64,000 bases of DNA, taken from IMG/VR virus record IMGVR_UViG_3300046010_005562; one strand, given 5' to 3'. Under the pieces are notes generated by a model that saw only the letters and a program-made list of their open reading frames with translations, was not told where the DNA came from and ran no database searches. The stretch's first letter is position 1. The number at the start of each line of letters is the position of its first letter. Position numbers and translations under genes: made by a program. This DNA comes from a virus. Of the stretch, positions 9,990 through 20,089 are shown piece after piece.

Positions 9990-10009
9990 TATTTATAATA
10001 CTATTTATA
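9990..10009 (-). promoter_or_regulatory. Two tandem T4-type late promoters
   Basis: TATAAATA at 9990-9997 and 10002-10009. Confidence 0.75.
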
Positions 10010-10020
10010 AAAACGTGAAA

Positions 10021-10503
10021 TTACAATCCCAATGATTTTAATTTCCTGATGGTTTCTTTTGCATTTTTATGACATATTGCAATACCACCTTTTTCTTCCC
10101 ATTCTTTACAATTTTTATCATAATCATCAATGAGAATATTAATTCTTCCATTTACTTTAGCAAAAATTTGCTTTTCTGACCTTGGAACACAATAAAAATC
10201 CACTTTTGGCACTGGACAGTTTTTTCCTATCCATTTCCATTTTCCATCTGGTGCTGAATCATCCCAAGTTGGTTTTGCTGTTAGTATCTTAGGATTATAT
10301 TGTTTAATATAATTCCATAGCTGATCACAATCAGACATTTTTGGAAGATTCTCCCAATAATCAGGAGTTTTACTAATAATTTCTTTACCTTTCTTTTTAG
10401 TATCAGATGGATTTTCTAATGATTCTCCTGTCAGAGTCTCAAACCCTTTCAAAAAATCAACAAGGACTTGATCCATGTCTACATATATAAATGGAGTTTT
10501 CAT
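10021..10503 (-). CDS. HAD-family 5'(3')-deoxyribonucleotidase-like protein
   Basis: YVDMDQVLVDF, ILT, K..W and ILIDD motifs. Confidence 0.85.
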   Translation of the reverse strand: MKTPFIYVDMDQVLVDFLKGFETLTGESLENPSDTKKKGKEIISKTPDYWENLPKMSDCDQLWNYIKQYNPKILTAKPTWDDSAPDGKWKWIGKNCPVPKVDFYCVPRSEKQIFAKVNGRINILIDDYDKNCKEWEEKGGIAICHKNAKETIRKLKSLGL

Positions 10504-10515
10504 TTCTTTTCTTTT

Positions 10516-11388
10516 TTATCCTCTTTTTTTTCCATGAACTTTTAATTCTGGATTTATTTCAATTACATCGGTTTTTGTGGAATTTCCTTTATCAGAAGCT
10601 CCAGTTAAAGTTTTACTATGTTGAAATTTAGTAACATCAGAATCTTTATTTTCATCTTTTTTATTTAATTCTTTATTAACTTTTTTCCCAGCATCAATAA
10701 CTTTTTGAGTTTTAGCAGAGACAGGAGATAATAATTTAATATCATCTTCTTCTGTTACAAAATTTTCTGCATTATTAATAGCTTTTCTAACCAAGGAAGT
10801 TATTCCAGTTGACAAATTACCTGTTCTAGATATAGATAAAGATTGTTTTGTTTTTGGGTGATAATATTTTCTATGCTTACCTTCACTTTTTACAATAAAT
10901 CCACTACCAGTTAACATATCATGAGCATCTGATGATTTCAATGTTGCTGATAGATGTTTTTCTAACATTACATCATTAGTATATTCATCATACGAACTAA
11001 AAATTCTTCTAAGTTGTTGTGCTCTTCTTCCATGAATATCTGCTCCTTTACGAGCCTTAATAGTAAGTTTTCTCTTACCAAGTTTTAACTGAGCGTATTT
11101 AGTGGCTTTATAGGCTTTCTTACCAGTACCTCTGAATGTAATCTGTCCTGGTGATCTAATAACGCTTCCTCCACGATTAACAACAGTAGCAGCAATCTGT
11201 GAATAAGTTGTTTTTGGTATTTTTGTAATTTGTGTAGGTCTTCTTTGACCAACATCAAGACGAGATTTTTCTGTTGGTTTTTTATGTGGTCTTGAAACCT
11301 TATGAAGATGATATGAAGAATCTTCTTTTATAGAAGTTTCATTTTCTTTTTTCTTATTTTTCTCTAAAAGAATATCTTTAAAAGACAT
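10516..11388 (-). CDS. Putative internal head protein containing a HicA-like domain
   Basis: Start MSFKDILLE after GGAG; very basic segment; L..SGF...EGKH..YYHP...L.I...L..G motif. Confidence 0.6.
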   Translation of the reverse strand: MSFKDILLEKNKKKENETSIKEDSSYHLHKVSRPHKKPTEKSRLDVGQRRPTQITKIPKTTYSQIAATVVNRGGSVIRSPGQITFRGTGKKAYKATKYAQLKLGKRKLTIKARKGADIHGRRAQQLRRIFSSYDEYTNDVMLEKHLSATLKSSDAHDMLTGSGFIVKSEGKHRKYYHPKTKQSLSISRTGNLSTGITSLVRKAINNAENFVTEEDDIKLLSPVSAKTQKVIDAGKKVNKELNKKDENKDSDVTKFQHSKTLTGASDKGNSTKTDVIEINPELKVHGKKRG

Positions 11389-11476
11389 TTTAATACTCCA
11401 ATTTATTGTTTTACTTATATTTATATAATTATAAAGCTTCAATAAAATTCATAGATGCGAGGATAGAACCATCTAT

Positions 11477-12688
11477 TCATCTGCTAATTTCCTCCCAGTC
11501 CATAGAAGCAACAACAGTATCATCACTACTATCAGAAGCAACCACAAGTGTAAGTTCATAAGGAGTTGAAGTTAATCCATTTCTTTCTAACTGAAACTTA
11601 AATAATGCTTCTTTTAGAATATCAACTTGACTTGCTCCTTGATTTGATGCGTTAAAAAATCCACTTGCAAGAATTCTTCCATCAGTATAAGAAGTTCCAG
11701 TAATATTATATTCAACAGCACTATCAACTCCAGCACTTACCCAAGCACCGGCAGTAGTAGTTCCAGATGCTCTAACTTGCCAATTAAAATTACCAGTGCT
11801 AATTGGCATTATAGAAAGTGCTGTGAGAATTACAATAGCATCCAAAAAATTTGGTGATGTTTTCAGACGCAAAGATATTACGGGATAGAATGTTCCCGCA
11901 GTTCCTAATGTTCTTGGGGAATTAATTGGAATGCTAATTGCTTGTTGCAATCCACGAAGTTCATAACCACCTTCAGAAATAACAGTAGAGCAAACTTGCT
12001 TCATCGTGCTATTACTACTTGTATTACCAGTATTAGTAAGCTCATATCTTAATGGAAGTGATGCTGTTGTAATATAAGTTGTAGTGATTAAGTTTGCGTG
12101 ATGGAATGAATGACAGAGAATAAACTGTCCGTTTATTATAAATCCCACTCTTACAGTACCAAGACCCAACCATTCAATATCCATCCAAATGATTTGTGCT
12201 TTGGTAGTGTCTAATGTAATACCAGACGGACCAGTTCCATTTAACTTATCACCATTCCAATTTGCTTGTGCTACTTCTGTTTGAGTTCCAGTAGATAAAC
12301 TCCTTTCTACAAAGTAAGGTGTAGTGCCATTAATTTCAAAATATATTCCATTGTTAGCACCGAAATATCCAACTCTCTGTCTCAAGTTTACTTTCGGTGT
12401 GGCAGGAACAAAGGTATTTAACACAAGCAAAGATTTACCTGGCTGATATGAAAATACTTTTGTGGTCTCACGAATAATCTGTGCTCCAGAAGCATTATTC
12501 ACTGTTAGATTAACCAGACCTTCGTTGAGAATAAAAGTAGCAGAAGCAGTGCCAGTATTAGCAGTTGACCACAGGTTATTATCTCTATATCTGTGGGAAC
12601 TATCAAACAGAGTGAGTGGATTTGATACTCTTTGACGACCAAAAGCATCCGTAGTTCCTACTGGACTTCCAGTAAAAAGATATGTCAT
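11477..12688 (-). CDS. Virion structural protein (beta-rich)
   Basis: DAFGRQRVSNPLTLFD, YQPGKS, WLGLGTVRVG; ATGA overlap with the upstream gene. Confidence 0.7.
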   Translation of the reverse strand: MTYLFTGSPVGTTDAFGRQRVSNPLTLFDSSHRYRDNNLWSTANTGTASATFILNEGLVNLTVNNASGAQIIRETTKVFSYQPGKSLLVLNTFVPATPKVNLRQRVGYFGANNGIYFEINGTTPYFVERSLSTGTQTEVAQANWNGDKLNGTGPSGITLDTTKAQIIWMDIEWLGLGTVRVGFIINGQFILCHSFHHANLITTTYITTASLPLRYELTNTGNTSSNSTMKQVCSTVISEGGYELRGLQQAISIPINSPRTLGTAGTFYPVISLRLKTSPNFLDAIVILTALSIMPISTGNFNWQVRASGTTTAGAWVSAGVDSAVEYNITGTSYTDGRILASGFFNASNQGASQVDILKEALFKFQLERNGLTSTPYELTLVVASDSSDDTVVASMDWEEISR

Positions 12689-13755
12689 ACTATTCTCCAT
12701 CCATTATTATAAATCATTTGTATTCCTCCATTATCTATTTTTAAAATAAATCCTCCAGGATCATTATCAACATTACCATTTACTGTAATAGGATTTTGTG
12801 AACAATGTCCAGATTCATCTTTTATTATTATCATTTTACCATTGTCAGCATAAGAAGGAATTGTTATTAATACAGGTCCAGCATAATTTATTCCAATATA
12901 ATAATCATCCGGTAATAATGTATATGTATTTGATGTTATTGTAACTGTTTTATTATATATTTGTCCAGAAACAATAGTATTAAATACATAATTATTAGTT
13001 ACAGGATCGTATGTTAAAAATTTATTATTAGATTGTTCTCTAGTATCAACATCATCAAGATATTTAAAATTAACTTCACCAGAACCAGGCCCAGCTAAAG
13101 ATACTTTAGTAAGCCATTCTTCTAATAATTTAACTCTATTTTGTATTGCTTTTATGTTAGGATCTACTTTTGGAGCATTAGGCTCTTTAAATAGGTTTAC
13201 ATAATTTTCTGGGATAGAATCTGATTTTATAGATTCTTCTTTTGTTATTGATTGAGAAGCTGCTTTAATTAAAGATATAGGTTCTTCCTTATTATCTTCT
13301 ATTTTTAATTCTTCTACTACAGGAATTTCTAATACTAAAGGTTCTTCTTTCTTTTCTATTTTTATCGAATCAAATATAGAAGAATCAAATTCTATTTTAG
13401 ACTTTATTTTCTTTAATGATTCACTTAAACCTGATTTTATCTTTAATATTGAATCTTCTACCACCGGAGACTCTACTGGTGGTTCTATTTCTTTTTCATA
13501 TTCTTTTTTAAGATCTTCTTCTATAGCAGAATAAAAATTCGATGGTAATTCAGAGTGATCTTGAGTAGATTTTATATTATTTAAAGATTGTTTTAAGTTA
13601 GTCTTTATTCTTAATAAGGTATTAGTTTCTAATTCATTTTCTAATTCCACAGATAAACTTTCGACTAAATTATCAAACTTAGTCGAAGAGTTTTCCTTTA
13701 TGGAATTAGTTTTGTTCTTAAGAGAATTTTTAAAATTCTCCTTAAAATCACTCAT
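12685..13755 (-). CDS. Hypothetical structural protein (acidic N-half, fibre-like C-domain)
   Basis: GPGSGEVNFKYLDDVD; DYYIGINY...IIKDESG C-terminal domain. Confidence 0.6.
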   Translation of the reverse strand: MSDFKENFKNSLKNKTNSIKENSSTKFDNLVESLSVELENELETNTLLRIKTNLKQSLNNIKSTQDHSELPSNFYSAIEEDLKKEYEKEIEPPVESPVVEDSILKIKSGLSESLKKIKSKIEFDSSIFDSIKIEKKEEPLVLEIPVVEELKIEDNKEEPISLIKAASQSITKEESIKSDSIPENYVNLFKEPNAPKVDPNIKAIQNRVKLLEEWLTKVSLAGPGSGEVNFKYLDDVDTREQSNNKFLTYDPVTNNYVFNTIVSGQIYNKTVTITSNTYTLLPDDYYIGINYAGPVLITIPSYADNGKMIIIKDESGHCSQNPITVNGNVDNDPGGFILKIDNGGIQMIYNNGWRIV

Positions 13756-14933
13756 TATTTTTGTCTCTTAGCATCTTTAATTTTCTTTCTAATTCCAATA
13801 TTTTTAGATTTAGTCCAGCAAGATTCTTTAAAAAGAATGTTTTTACTTCTTCCCCAAAGATCTTCATTCTTTACAGATTCTTTATCTTTTTGAAAATTAG
13901 ATTTCTTTTTATTAGTAGAATAAACATAACTAGAAGATTGTTTAGTTAAAGGCATTTTATTTGAAGAACTTCCTTCAACACCAGAAAACCCAACATCAGA
14001 AACAGATGGAGAGTCTATAGATTCATCAAAGAAATCATCACAATTATTATATTCTTCAGAAGCCATAGTATTAAGCATTCCACCTAATCTATATTCACCA
14101 GAATTTCTTAAATCGTAAGTTGGACCAATACCACTACCACGAACAGGATCTCCTAACTTTATTGAAGCAGGAATAAGTTTCCTTTTCTTTAGTTTATTTA
14201 GTTTATCTGTTTCTTTATCATTATCAAAACCTTCAATAATAGTTGGACAAACATATAAACTTTCATGTCTTATTCTTTGTTTAAAATTATTTAAGTTTTT
14301 CATGGCTTTTCTAGTTCCAGCATTATGATAACTTAATGCTTTCTTAAAAGAACTATCTTTTAAATGTTTAGCTTCTATTTCAGCATGAACATCACTATGT
14401 TGTTTTTTATCTGATCTTCTAACACTATCTACTTTTGCTTGGATTCCTCTTTTTCTTTTATCTCTTAAAGTAGAACCTATTCTAAGATCTTCAGATAACT
14501 TTTCAATCAAAGAATTTATTTGAAATTTAATTTCTTCAGATTCACTACTAAAATCATTTCTAATTAAATATAATTCAGAGAACAATTCAGAAAATAGTAT
14601 AAAATTACTTTTAGATTCAGATAATCTAGTAAATCTTACATCTTCAGATATATTTCTATTACAAAGTCTTTCTTTGCTTATATCATCAGAAACGTCAACA
14701 TAAATCATGCTGGTTGTATAACCAGCATTTTCTAATATTTCTTTAGATTCTTTAATCTTATCAAAATTATAAGCATTTCCAGTAATTACTACTATTTCTC
14801 TGAAAAATTTCTTTACAATGTTCTTTACTTGTTCTGTGTTAAATTCCATTATTTTAAAATTAGACAATGCTTCTTTTAAAATAATATCTTTACCGCTTCC
14901 TGGTCCACCGACCAAAAATATTGCGCGATTCAT
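13755..14933 (-). CDS. P-loop kinase-like protein (zeta toxin/AAA_33-like) with a long charged C-terminal extension
   Basis: AIFLVGGPGSGKD Walker A; GYTTSMIYVD...ER...R lid motif. Confidence 0.7.
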   Translation of the reverse strand: MNRAIFLVGGPGSGKDIILKEALSNFKIMEFNTEQVKNIVKKFFREIVVITGNAYNFDKIKESKEILENAGYTTSMIYVDVSDDISKERLCNRNISEDVRFTRLSESKSNFILFSELFSELYLIRNDFSSESEEIKFQINSLIEKLSEDLRIGSTLRDKRKRGIQAKVDSVRRSDKKQHSDVHAEIEAKHLKDSSFKKALSYHNAGTRKAMKNLNNFKQRIRHESLYVCPTIIEGFDNDKETDKLNKLKKRKLIPASIKLGDPVRGSGIGPTYDLRNSGEYRLGGMLNTMASEEYNNCDDFFDESIDSPSVSDVGFSGVEGSSSNKMPLTKQSSSYVYSTNKKKSNFQKDKESVKNEDLWGRSKNILFKESCWTKSKNIGIRKKIKDAKRQK

Positions 14934-14965
14934 TAGATCTGCTCCTATGAATTTTTATTTATTAT

Positions 14966-14981
14966 AATATTTATAAATATT
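14966..14981. promoter_or_regulatory. Palindromic late promoter (TATAAATA on both strands)
   Basis: Perfect 16 bp palindrome AATATTTATAAATATT. Confidence 0.6.
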
Positions 14982-14995
14982 TACAATTGAAGAAT

Positions 14996-15796
14996 TTATT
15001 GAACTACCATATTAATCATTTCAGTATTAATAAAGATTTTTCCATTTTTAGCTCTTACATTTCTACAGAATTGCATGATATCAGATTCTTCTTCTCTTCC
15101 GTTTGGATGAATTCCTCCATATCTACAACCTTTTACAATTGAAGATTTATAAATTGATAATCCTCCATGAGCAGCATCTACCTCTATAATCCCAAGTGAT
15201 TTATCTAATTTCAATTGTCTAGATATCACAAATATCTGAACTGCTTGATCTCTTGTCATAAATCTAGGTCTATTATTAACTTCATGCCAACAATCAAAAG
15301 GAACCCAATCAGGATGTCTAATTGTCCATATATCATAATAATAATTCTCTTGGTTTGCTGTCATAGCATCCCAAACCTTCATATCATATTTAAAACAACT
15401 TAAAATTCCATTTAAGTCTATTTCTTGAGCATTAACATCATCTACACACATTTGAATATAAAAATCATGAGAATCTAATAAATTATTATCTTCGCAAAAT
15501 TTAATAGCTTCATTTCTAGCAATACCTATTCTACAAGTTCTAGATTTAACCTGATCCTCTAACTTTCCCAAAGTTATAACGTAAATATTTTCATGACTTA
15601 ATGCATATTCTTTAAGAAGATCAAAACTATTATCTGTCGAATCACTTTCAACAAAAACACAAGAATATGATTTAAATAAAGATCCTATTCTTTCTATATT
15701 ATTTAATACTTCTTTTAGAAAAGGAGCACAATTCCTAACTGGACCTACAAAAACTGCTGAATGTTGTTTTGCTATTTCTTTTAATTTTTCGTTCAT
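14996..15796 (-). CDS. GT-A fold glycosyltransferase
   Basis: VRNCA, ESDSTDNS, RIGIARN, YYDIW. Confidence 0.75.
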   Translation of the reverse strand: MNEKLKEIAKQHSAVFVGPVRNCAPFLKEVLNNIERIGSLFKSYSCVFVESDSTDNSFDLLKEYALSHENIYVITLGKLEDQVKSRTCRIGIARNEAIKFCEDNNLLDSHDFYIQMCVDDVNAQEIDLNGILSCFKYDMKVWDAMTANQENYYYDIWTIRHPDWVPFDCWHEVNNRPRFMTRDQAVQIFVISRQLKLDKSLGIIEVDAAHGGLSIYKSSIVKGCRYGGIHPNGREEESDIMQFCRNVRAKNGKIFINTEMINMVVQ

Positions 15797-15813
15797 ATTA
15801 TTCTCAATAAGAT

Positions 15814-16983
15814 TTACAATAATTCTAATATTTCTTCAAGTAGTAATAACTTTTTATTATCAACGAATTGATTATTTCCTATATATAATCCATTAGTATG
15901 TAGTTGTTCCACATTATAAAAAGATGTTTTATTATGTAGAGATTGATACTTACTAAGAAAAGGGTGTCTCAATAAATTTCCAGAAACAATAGGACGATAT
16001 TCAACTTTACATTCAATTAAAATACTTTCTAGTTTATTTTTAATACTCTCAGATGCACAAATAAAAGGTAAACAAAAACTACTAGTATTTTTATAATATT
16101 CTATAGGATAGAATATTTTATCATAGGATTTCAATATATTACAAAAATGTTTATAATTATCATTCCTAATAGTTATTGACTTATCCAATCTCTTTAATTG
16201 AGATAATCCTAATACAGCATTTAACTCAGTATTTCTAAAGTTATATCCATCTGTAATGAATAAAAATGACTTGTCTATATCTGGATACATAGAGGCGTAT
16301 TTAGAATAATTTTCAGATTCTCTAGCCATTCCATGAGATCTTTTCATTTTCATTAAATCGTAAAGCTCAAGATTATTTGTTGATACAAAACCTCCTTCAA
16401 TAGATGTTAAATGATGTCCAAAATATGTAGAGAAAGTTGCTCCTAAACTATTTGAACCTATCTTATTACCAAGATCATCTTTACATCCATGTGATTCACA
16501 AACATCATCTATAATCAAAGCTTTAGGAAATAAAGAATCTAATAATCCTAAATATCTAGATTTTGAACTGAATCCTAACAAATGAGTAACAAATATAAGT
16601 TTTATATCAGGATGATTTTTAGCAATAACTTCTAATTGTTCAAAATTAAAACTAAAATCACTAAATTGAACATCACAAAATATTGGAGTTAGCCCCAATT
16701 GAATTATTGGAGCTACATTTGTCATCCATGTACAAGCAGGAACAAGAACCTTATCACCATCTTTAAGATTATAAAGTTCTTTGATTGATGCAATTAAAAG
16801 AAAATTTGCTGTACTTCCAGAAGAAACAAATAATGAATGTTCACTACCTAACCATTTATTCCAACTATTTTCTAATTCTTTTACTTTATCACCATTTGTA
16901 AATTTATTAGAAGTTAAACAAAATGAAGCTAATTTTAATCTATCTGATATTGTTATAGCATCTTCCATTAAGCTCCATTTCAT
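15814..16983 (-). CDS. colD: PLP-dependent DegT/DnrJ-family enzyme, ColD-type GDP-4-keto-6-deoxymannose 3-dehydratase
   Basis: SSGSTAN, DVCESHG, TFSTYFGHHLTSIEGG (His at the usual Schiff-base Lys position), GYNFR. Confidence 0.75.
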   Translation of the reverse strand: MKWSLMEDAITISDRLKLASFCLTSNKFTNGDKVKELENSWNKWLGSEHSLFVSSGSTANFLLIASIKELYNLKDGDKVLVPACTWMTNVAPIIQLGLTPIFCDVQFSDFSFNFEQLEVIAKNHPDIKLIFVTHLLGFSSKSRYLGLLDSLFPKALIIDDVCESHGCKDDLGNKIGSNSLGATFSTYFGHHLTSIEGGFVSTNNLELYDLMKMKRSHGMARESENYSKYASMYPDIDKSFLFITDGYNFRNTELNAVLGLSQLKRLDKSITIRNDNYKHFCNILKSYDKIFYPIEYYKNTSSFCLPFICASESIKNKLESILIECKVEYRPIVSGNLLRHPFLSKYQSLHNKTSFYNVEQLHTNGLYIGNNQFVDNKKLLLLEEILELL

Positions 16984-17924
16984 TTACAGGTCTCCCTATT
17001 ATTTTTAAACCAATCAATAGTAATTTTTAAACCTTCGTCTAATTGATATTTTGGTCTCCAACCTAAATCATAAATCTTTTGATTACATACTTTTCTTCTT
17101 GGAGTTCCATTTGGTTTAGAAGTATCCCAAACAATATCACCTTCAAATTCAGTCAAAACTTTTAACTTTTCTGCTAGTTCCTTCATGGTGATTTCATTAT
17201 CAATACCAACATTTATAATTTCATCTGAATCATAATGATTCATTAAATAAACGCAAGCATCAGCCAAATCATCAGAAAATAAAAATTCTCTGGTAGGAGA
17301 GCCATCTCCCCAACATGTAATAGTTTTATCATCATTTTCTTTTGCCGTAATAAATTTGTTAATTAAACCAGGAATAACATGACCATGCTCAATATTAAAC
17401 CTATCAAAAGTTCCATAAAGGTTAGTAGGCATAACACTAATACAATTAAAACCATATTGTCTAGAATACTTTTGACACATAGTCAATCCTGCAATTTTAG
17501 CAAGAGCATATGCATCATTAGTTGGTTCTAATAGTCCTGTCATTAGATATTCTTCTTTGATAGGTTGCTCTGTAATTTTTGGATATATACAAGCAGAACC
17601 AAGAAATAATAACTTTTTAACTTTGTAATCATATGAACTTTTGATTACATTAGTTTGAATTTGTAGATTTTCTGTAATGAAATCTGCAGGATATAATTTA
17701 TTATAATTAATTCCTCCAACTTTAGCAGCAGCTAAAAACACATAATCAGGTCTTTCAATATCAAAAAATCTATCTACAGAAAATTGATCAGTAAGATCTA
17801 ATTCTCTTCTAGTTTTTGTTAGAACATTTACATATCCTTGTTTTTTCAACTCTCTAACAATTGCAGAACCTACAAGTCCTGCATGTCCAGCAACATAAAT
17901 TTTATCGTTGTAATTCATATTCAC
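16980..17924 (-). CDS. fcl: GDP-L-fucose synthase / ColC-type epimerase-reductase
   Basis: [42 protein letters not shown]. Confidence 0.95.
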   Translation of the reverse strand: MNMNYNDKIYVAGHAGLVGSAIVRELKKQGYVNVLTKTRRELDLTDQFSVDRFFDIERPDYVFLAAAKVGGINYNKLYPADFITENLQIQTNVIKSSYDYKVKKLLFLGSACIYPKITEQPIKEEYLMTGLLEPTNDAYALAKIAGLTMCQKYSRQYGFNCISVMPTNLYGTFDRFNIEHGHVIPGLINKFITAKENDDKTITCWGDGSPTREFLFSDDLADACVYLMNHYDSDEIINVGIDNEITMKELAEKLKVLTEFEGDIVWDTSKPNGTPRRKVCNQKIYDLGWRPKYQLDEGLKITIDWFKNNRETCK

Positions 17925-18915
17925 ACATCTCCTTAACTAAATCATCAAATGAGTATTCTGGTTTCCATCCTAAAGTAGTTCTTGCTTTTGTAGAATCTCC
18001 TAAAAGAGTAGCAACTTCTGTTGGTCTAAAATACTTAGGATCAACTGAAACTACTATATCTCCACTATTCATATCAATACCTACTTCATCTAATCCACTA
18101 CCTACCCATTTAATATTCATTCCAAAATAAGGAGCGCAACATTCCACAAAATTCCTAACTGAATATTGTTCACCAGTAGCAACTACATAATCATCAGGAG
18201 AATTAGATTGTAACATTAAATACATTGCTCTACAATAATCTTTAGCATGACCCCAATCTCTTAAAGCATCAAGATTTCCAAGAGTCAAAACTTTAGACTG
18301 TTTATTCTTAATTGAATTTAATCCCATAACAATTTTTTGAGTAACAAATGTTTCTCCTCTTCTTGGAGATTCATGATTAAACAAAATACCATTACAAGCA
18401 AATATATTATAAGCTTCTCTATAATTCTTTAGAATCCAGAATCCATATAATTTAGCAACACCATAAGGACTTCTTGGATAAAATGGGGTTGTTTCTGATT
18501 GAGGAATTTCTTGAACCAAACCATACAATTCTGATGTAGATGCTTGGTAAAACTTAACAGATTCTTCCATCCCAAGAAGTCTAATAGCTTCAAGAATTCT
18601 TAACGTACCTAAAGCATCGACATTTCCTGTATATTCAGGAATCTCAAATGAAACTTTAACGTGGGATTGCGCTGCTAGATTATAAATCTCATCAGGTTTA
18701 ATTGATTGAATTAAACTAGTAACATTTAGTGAATCAGTAACATCACCATAATGAAGATGAAAATTACTATTTTTGTAGATATGATCTACCCTAGATGTAT
18801 TATAGGATGAACTTCTTCTTTTCACCCCATGAACTTCATAACCATTTTCAAGTAGAATTTCAGCAAGATAAGATCCATCTTGACCAGTAACTCCATAAAC
18901 CAAAGCTTTCTTCAT
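17902..18915 (-). CDS. gmd: GDP-mannose 4,6-dehydratase
   Basis: [50 protein letters not shown]. Confidence 0.98.
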   Translation of the reverse strand: MKKALVYGVTGQDGSYLAEILLENGYEVHGVKRRSSSYNTSRVDHIYKNSNFHLHYGDVTDSLNVTSLIQSIKPDEIYNLAAQSHVKVSFEIPEYTGNVDALGTLRILEAIRLLGMEESVKFYQASTSELYGLVQEIPQSETTPFYPRSPYGVAKLYGFWILKNYREAYNIFACNGILFNHESPRRGETFVTQKIVMGLNSIKNKQSKVLTLGNLDALRDWGHAKDYCRAMYLMLQSNSPDDYVVATGEQYSVRNFVECCAPYFGMNIKWVGSGLDEVGIDMNSGDIVVSVDPKYFRPTEVATLLGDSTKARTTLGWKPEYSFDDLVKEMCEYELQR

Positions 18916-19380
18916 TTAAATCTCCTTAAAATTTATATAATCACAACACAATCCATGAATTTTCTTTTCCTTATAGTAATTATAATCTACATTAGCAGAA
19001 AAGTCCAGTATTATTTGGCTATTAAAGAACGTTTCATATGTGTCTTTTGGATATGTCCATATATATTCATTAGAAGTTATTACATAATCATCGTTCTGAT
19101 GCCAAAAATAATTAAAATTAAATTCTGGAAATTCACAAAAAAATGAAAGTGTTTGTATGTTTTTACAATGTATCCATATATTGAGCTTTCTATTATACAA
19201 GAAATCAAAATCAATTTGATATTGAGGTTCATCATGTCCTAAATAAAAAGTGTCATCAATTAACCAAACATCAATTTCTACATCTAATCCTAAATTAATA
19301 CATTCATCTATACGATGTGGAGAATTTTCAAATTCTGGTTCTGGTCCATTCAAGTTTCCTCTGTGTGATATAATAATCAT
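18916..19380 (-). CDS. Small glycerophosphodiester phosphodiesterase-like protein
   Basis: ISHRGN, EN, DVEIDVW, LGHD, WIHCKN. Confidence 0.75.
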   Translation of the reverse strand: MIIISHRGNLNGPEPEFENSPHRIDECINLGLDVEIDVWLIDDTFYLGHDEPQYQIDFDFLYNRKLNIWIHCKNIQTLSFFCEFPEFNFNYFWHQNDDYVITSNEYIWTYPKDTYETFFNSQIILDFSANVDYNYYKEKKIHGLCCDYINFKEI

Positions 19381-19381
19381 A

Positions 19382-20089
19382 TTAATAATAATGGTCTCTG
19401 TTTACTCTAACTACATAATCCATAATTGGATGTTGCACAACTTCTAAGTTTCTATTTTGAATACCAGCTAATAAAACGCCATGAGGTGGATTTGTTGTAC
19501 TAATTGGATTTGTTAAATGATAAAATTCATTAATTACAAAATCTATAATAGAAAACATATTATCTCTACTAGAAATTAAAACACAATCGTTCGGAAAAAT
19601 ATTACCAGTAGAAATTATTATTTTATTATCAATGTTTGATAAATCTATACCTACAATATTTTTATGTATTATATCACATCTTGTTTTAATAATAACATCA
19701 TATTTAATATTATTATTATTTTCAAATTGCTCTATAAGATTTAATCCTTTTTTTATCTTTAAATATTGAAGATATGAAGATTCTATATTATTCATATTTG
19801 GAGATAATTTTCCAACCTCCTTTGAATAAAATTCATTAACATCATTAACATTTTCTATAAAAACTAATTTAGGATTAAACTTATAGAATTTTTCTAAAAC
19901 TTGAGAATCTTCTAATATAGGATCATCATGATACTGTAAAAAAGATTTTATATATGGATGATATCCATATTGATTACGATATGTGGATACAAAATAATCA
20001 GGAGATAAGTGATTAAAAGAATTATATATATTCTCAGAACATTTTTCAATTGTTCTTAGATTTCCATTTAATAATATAGCTACTTTCAT
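19382..20089 (-). CDS. Putative glycosyltransferase-like protein (paralog of 20789-21502)
   Basis: KVAILLNGNLRT...YDVIIKTRCD. Confidence 0.6.
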   Translation of the reverse strand: MKVAILLNGNLRTIEKCSENIYNSFNHLSPDYFVSTYRNQYGYHPYIKSFLQYHDDPILEDSQVLEKFYKFNPKLVFIENVNDVNEFYSKEVGKLSPNMNNIESSYLQYLKIKKGLNLIEQFENNNNIKYDVIIKTRCDIIHKNIVGIDLSNIDNKIIISTGNIFPNDCVLISSRDNMFSIIDFVINEFYHLTNPISTTNPPHGVLLAGIQNRNLEVVQHPIMDYVVRVNRDHYY

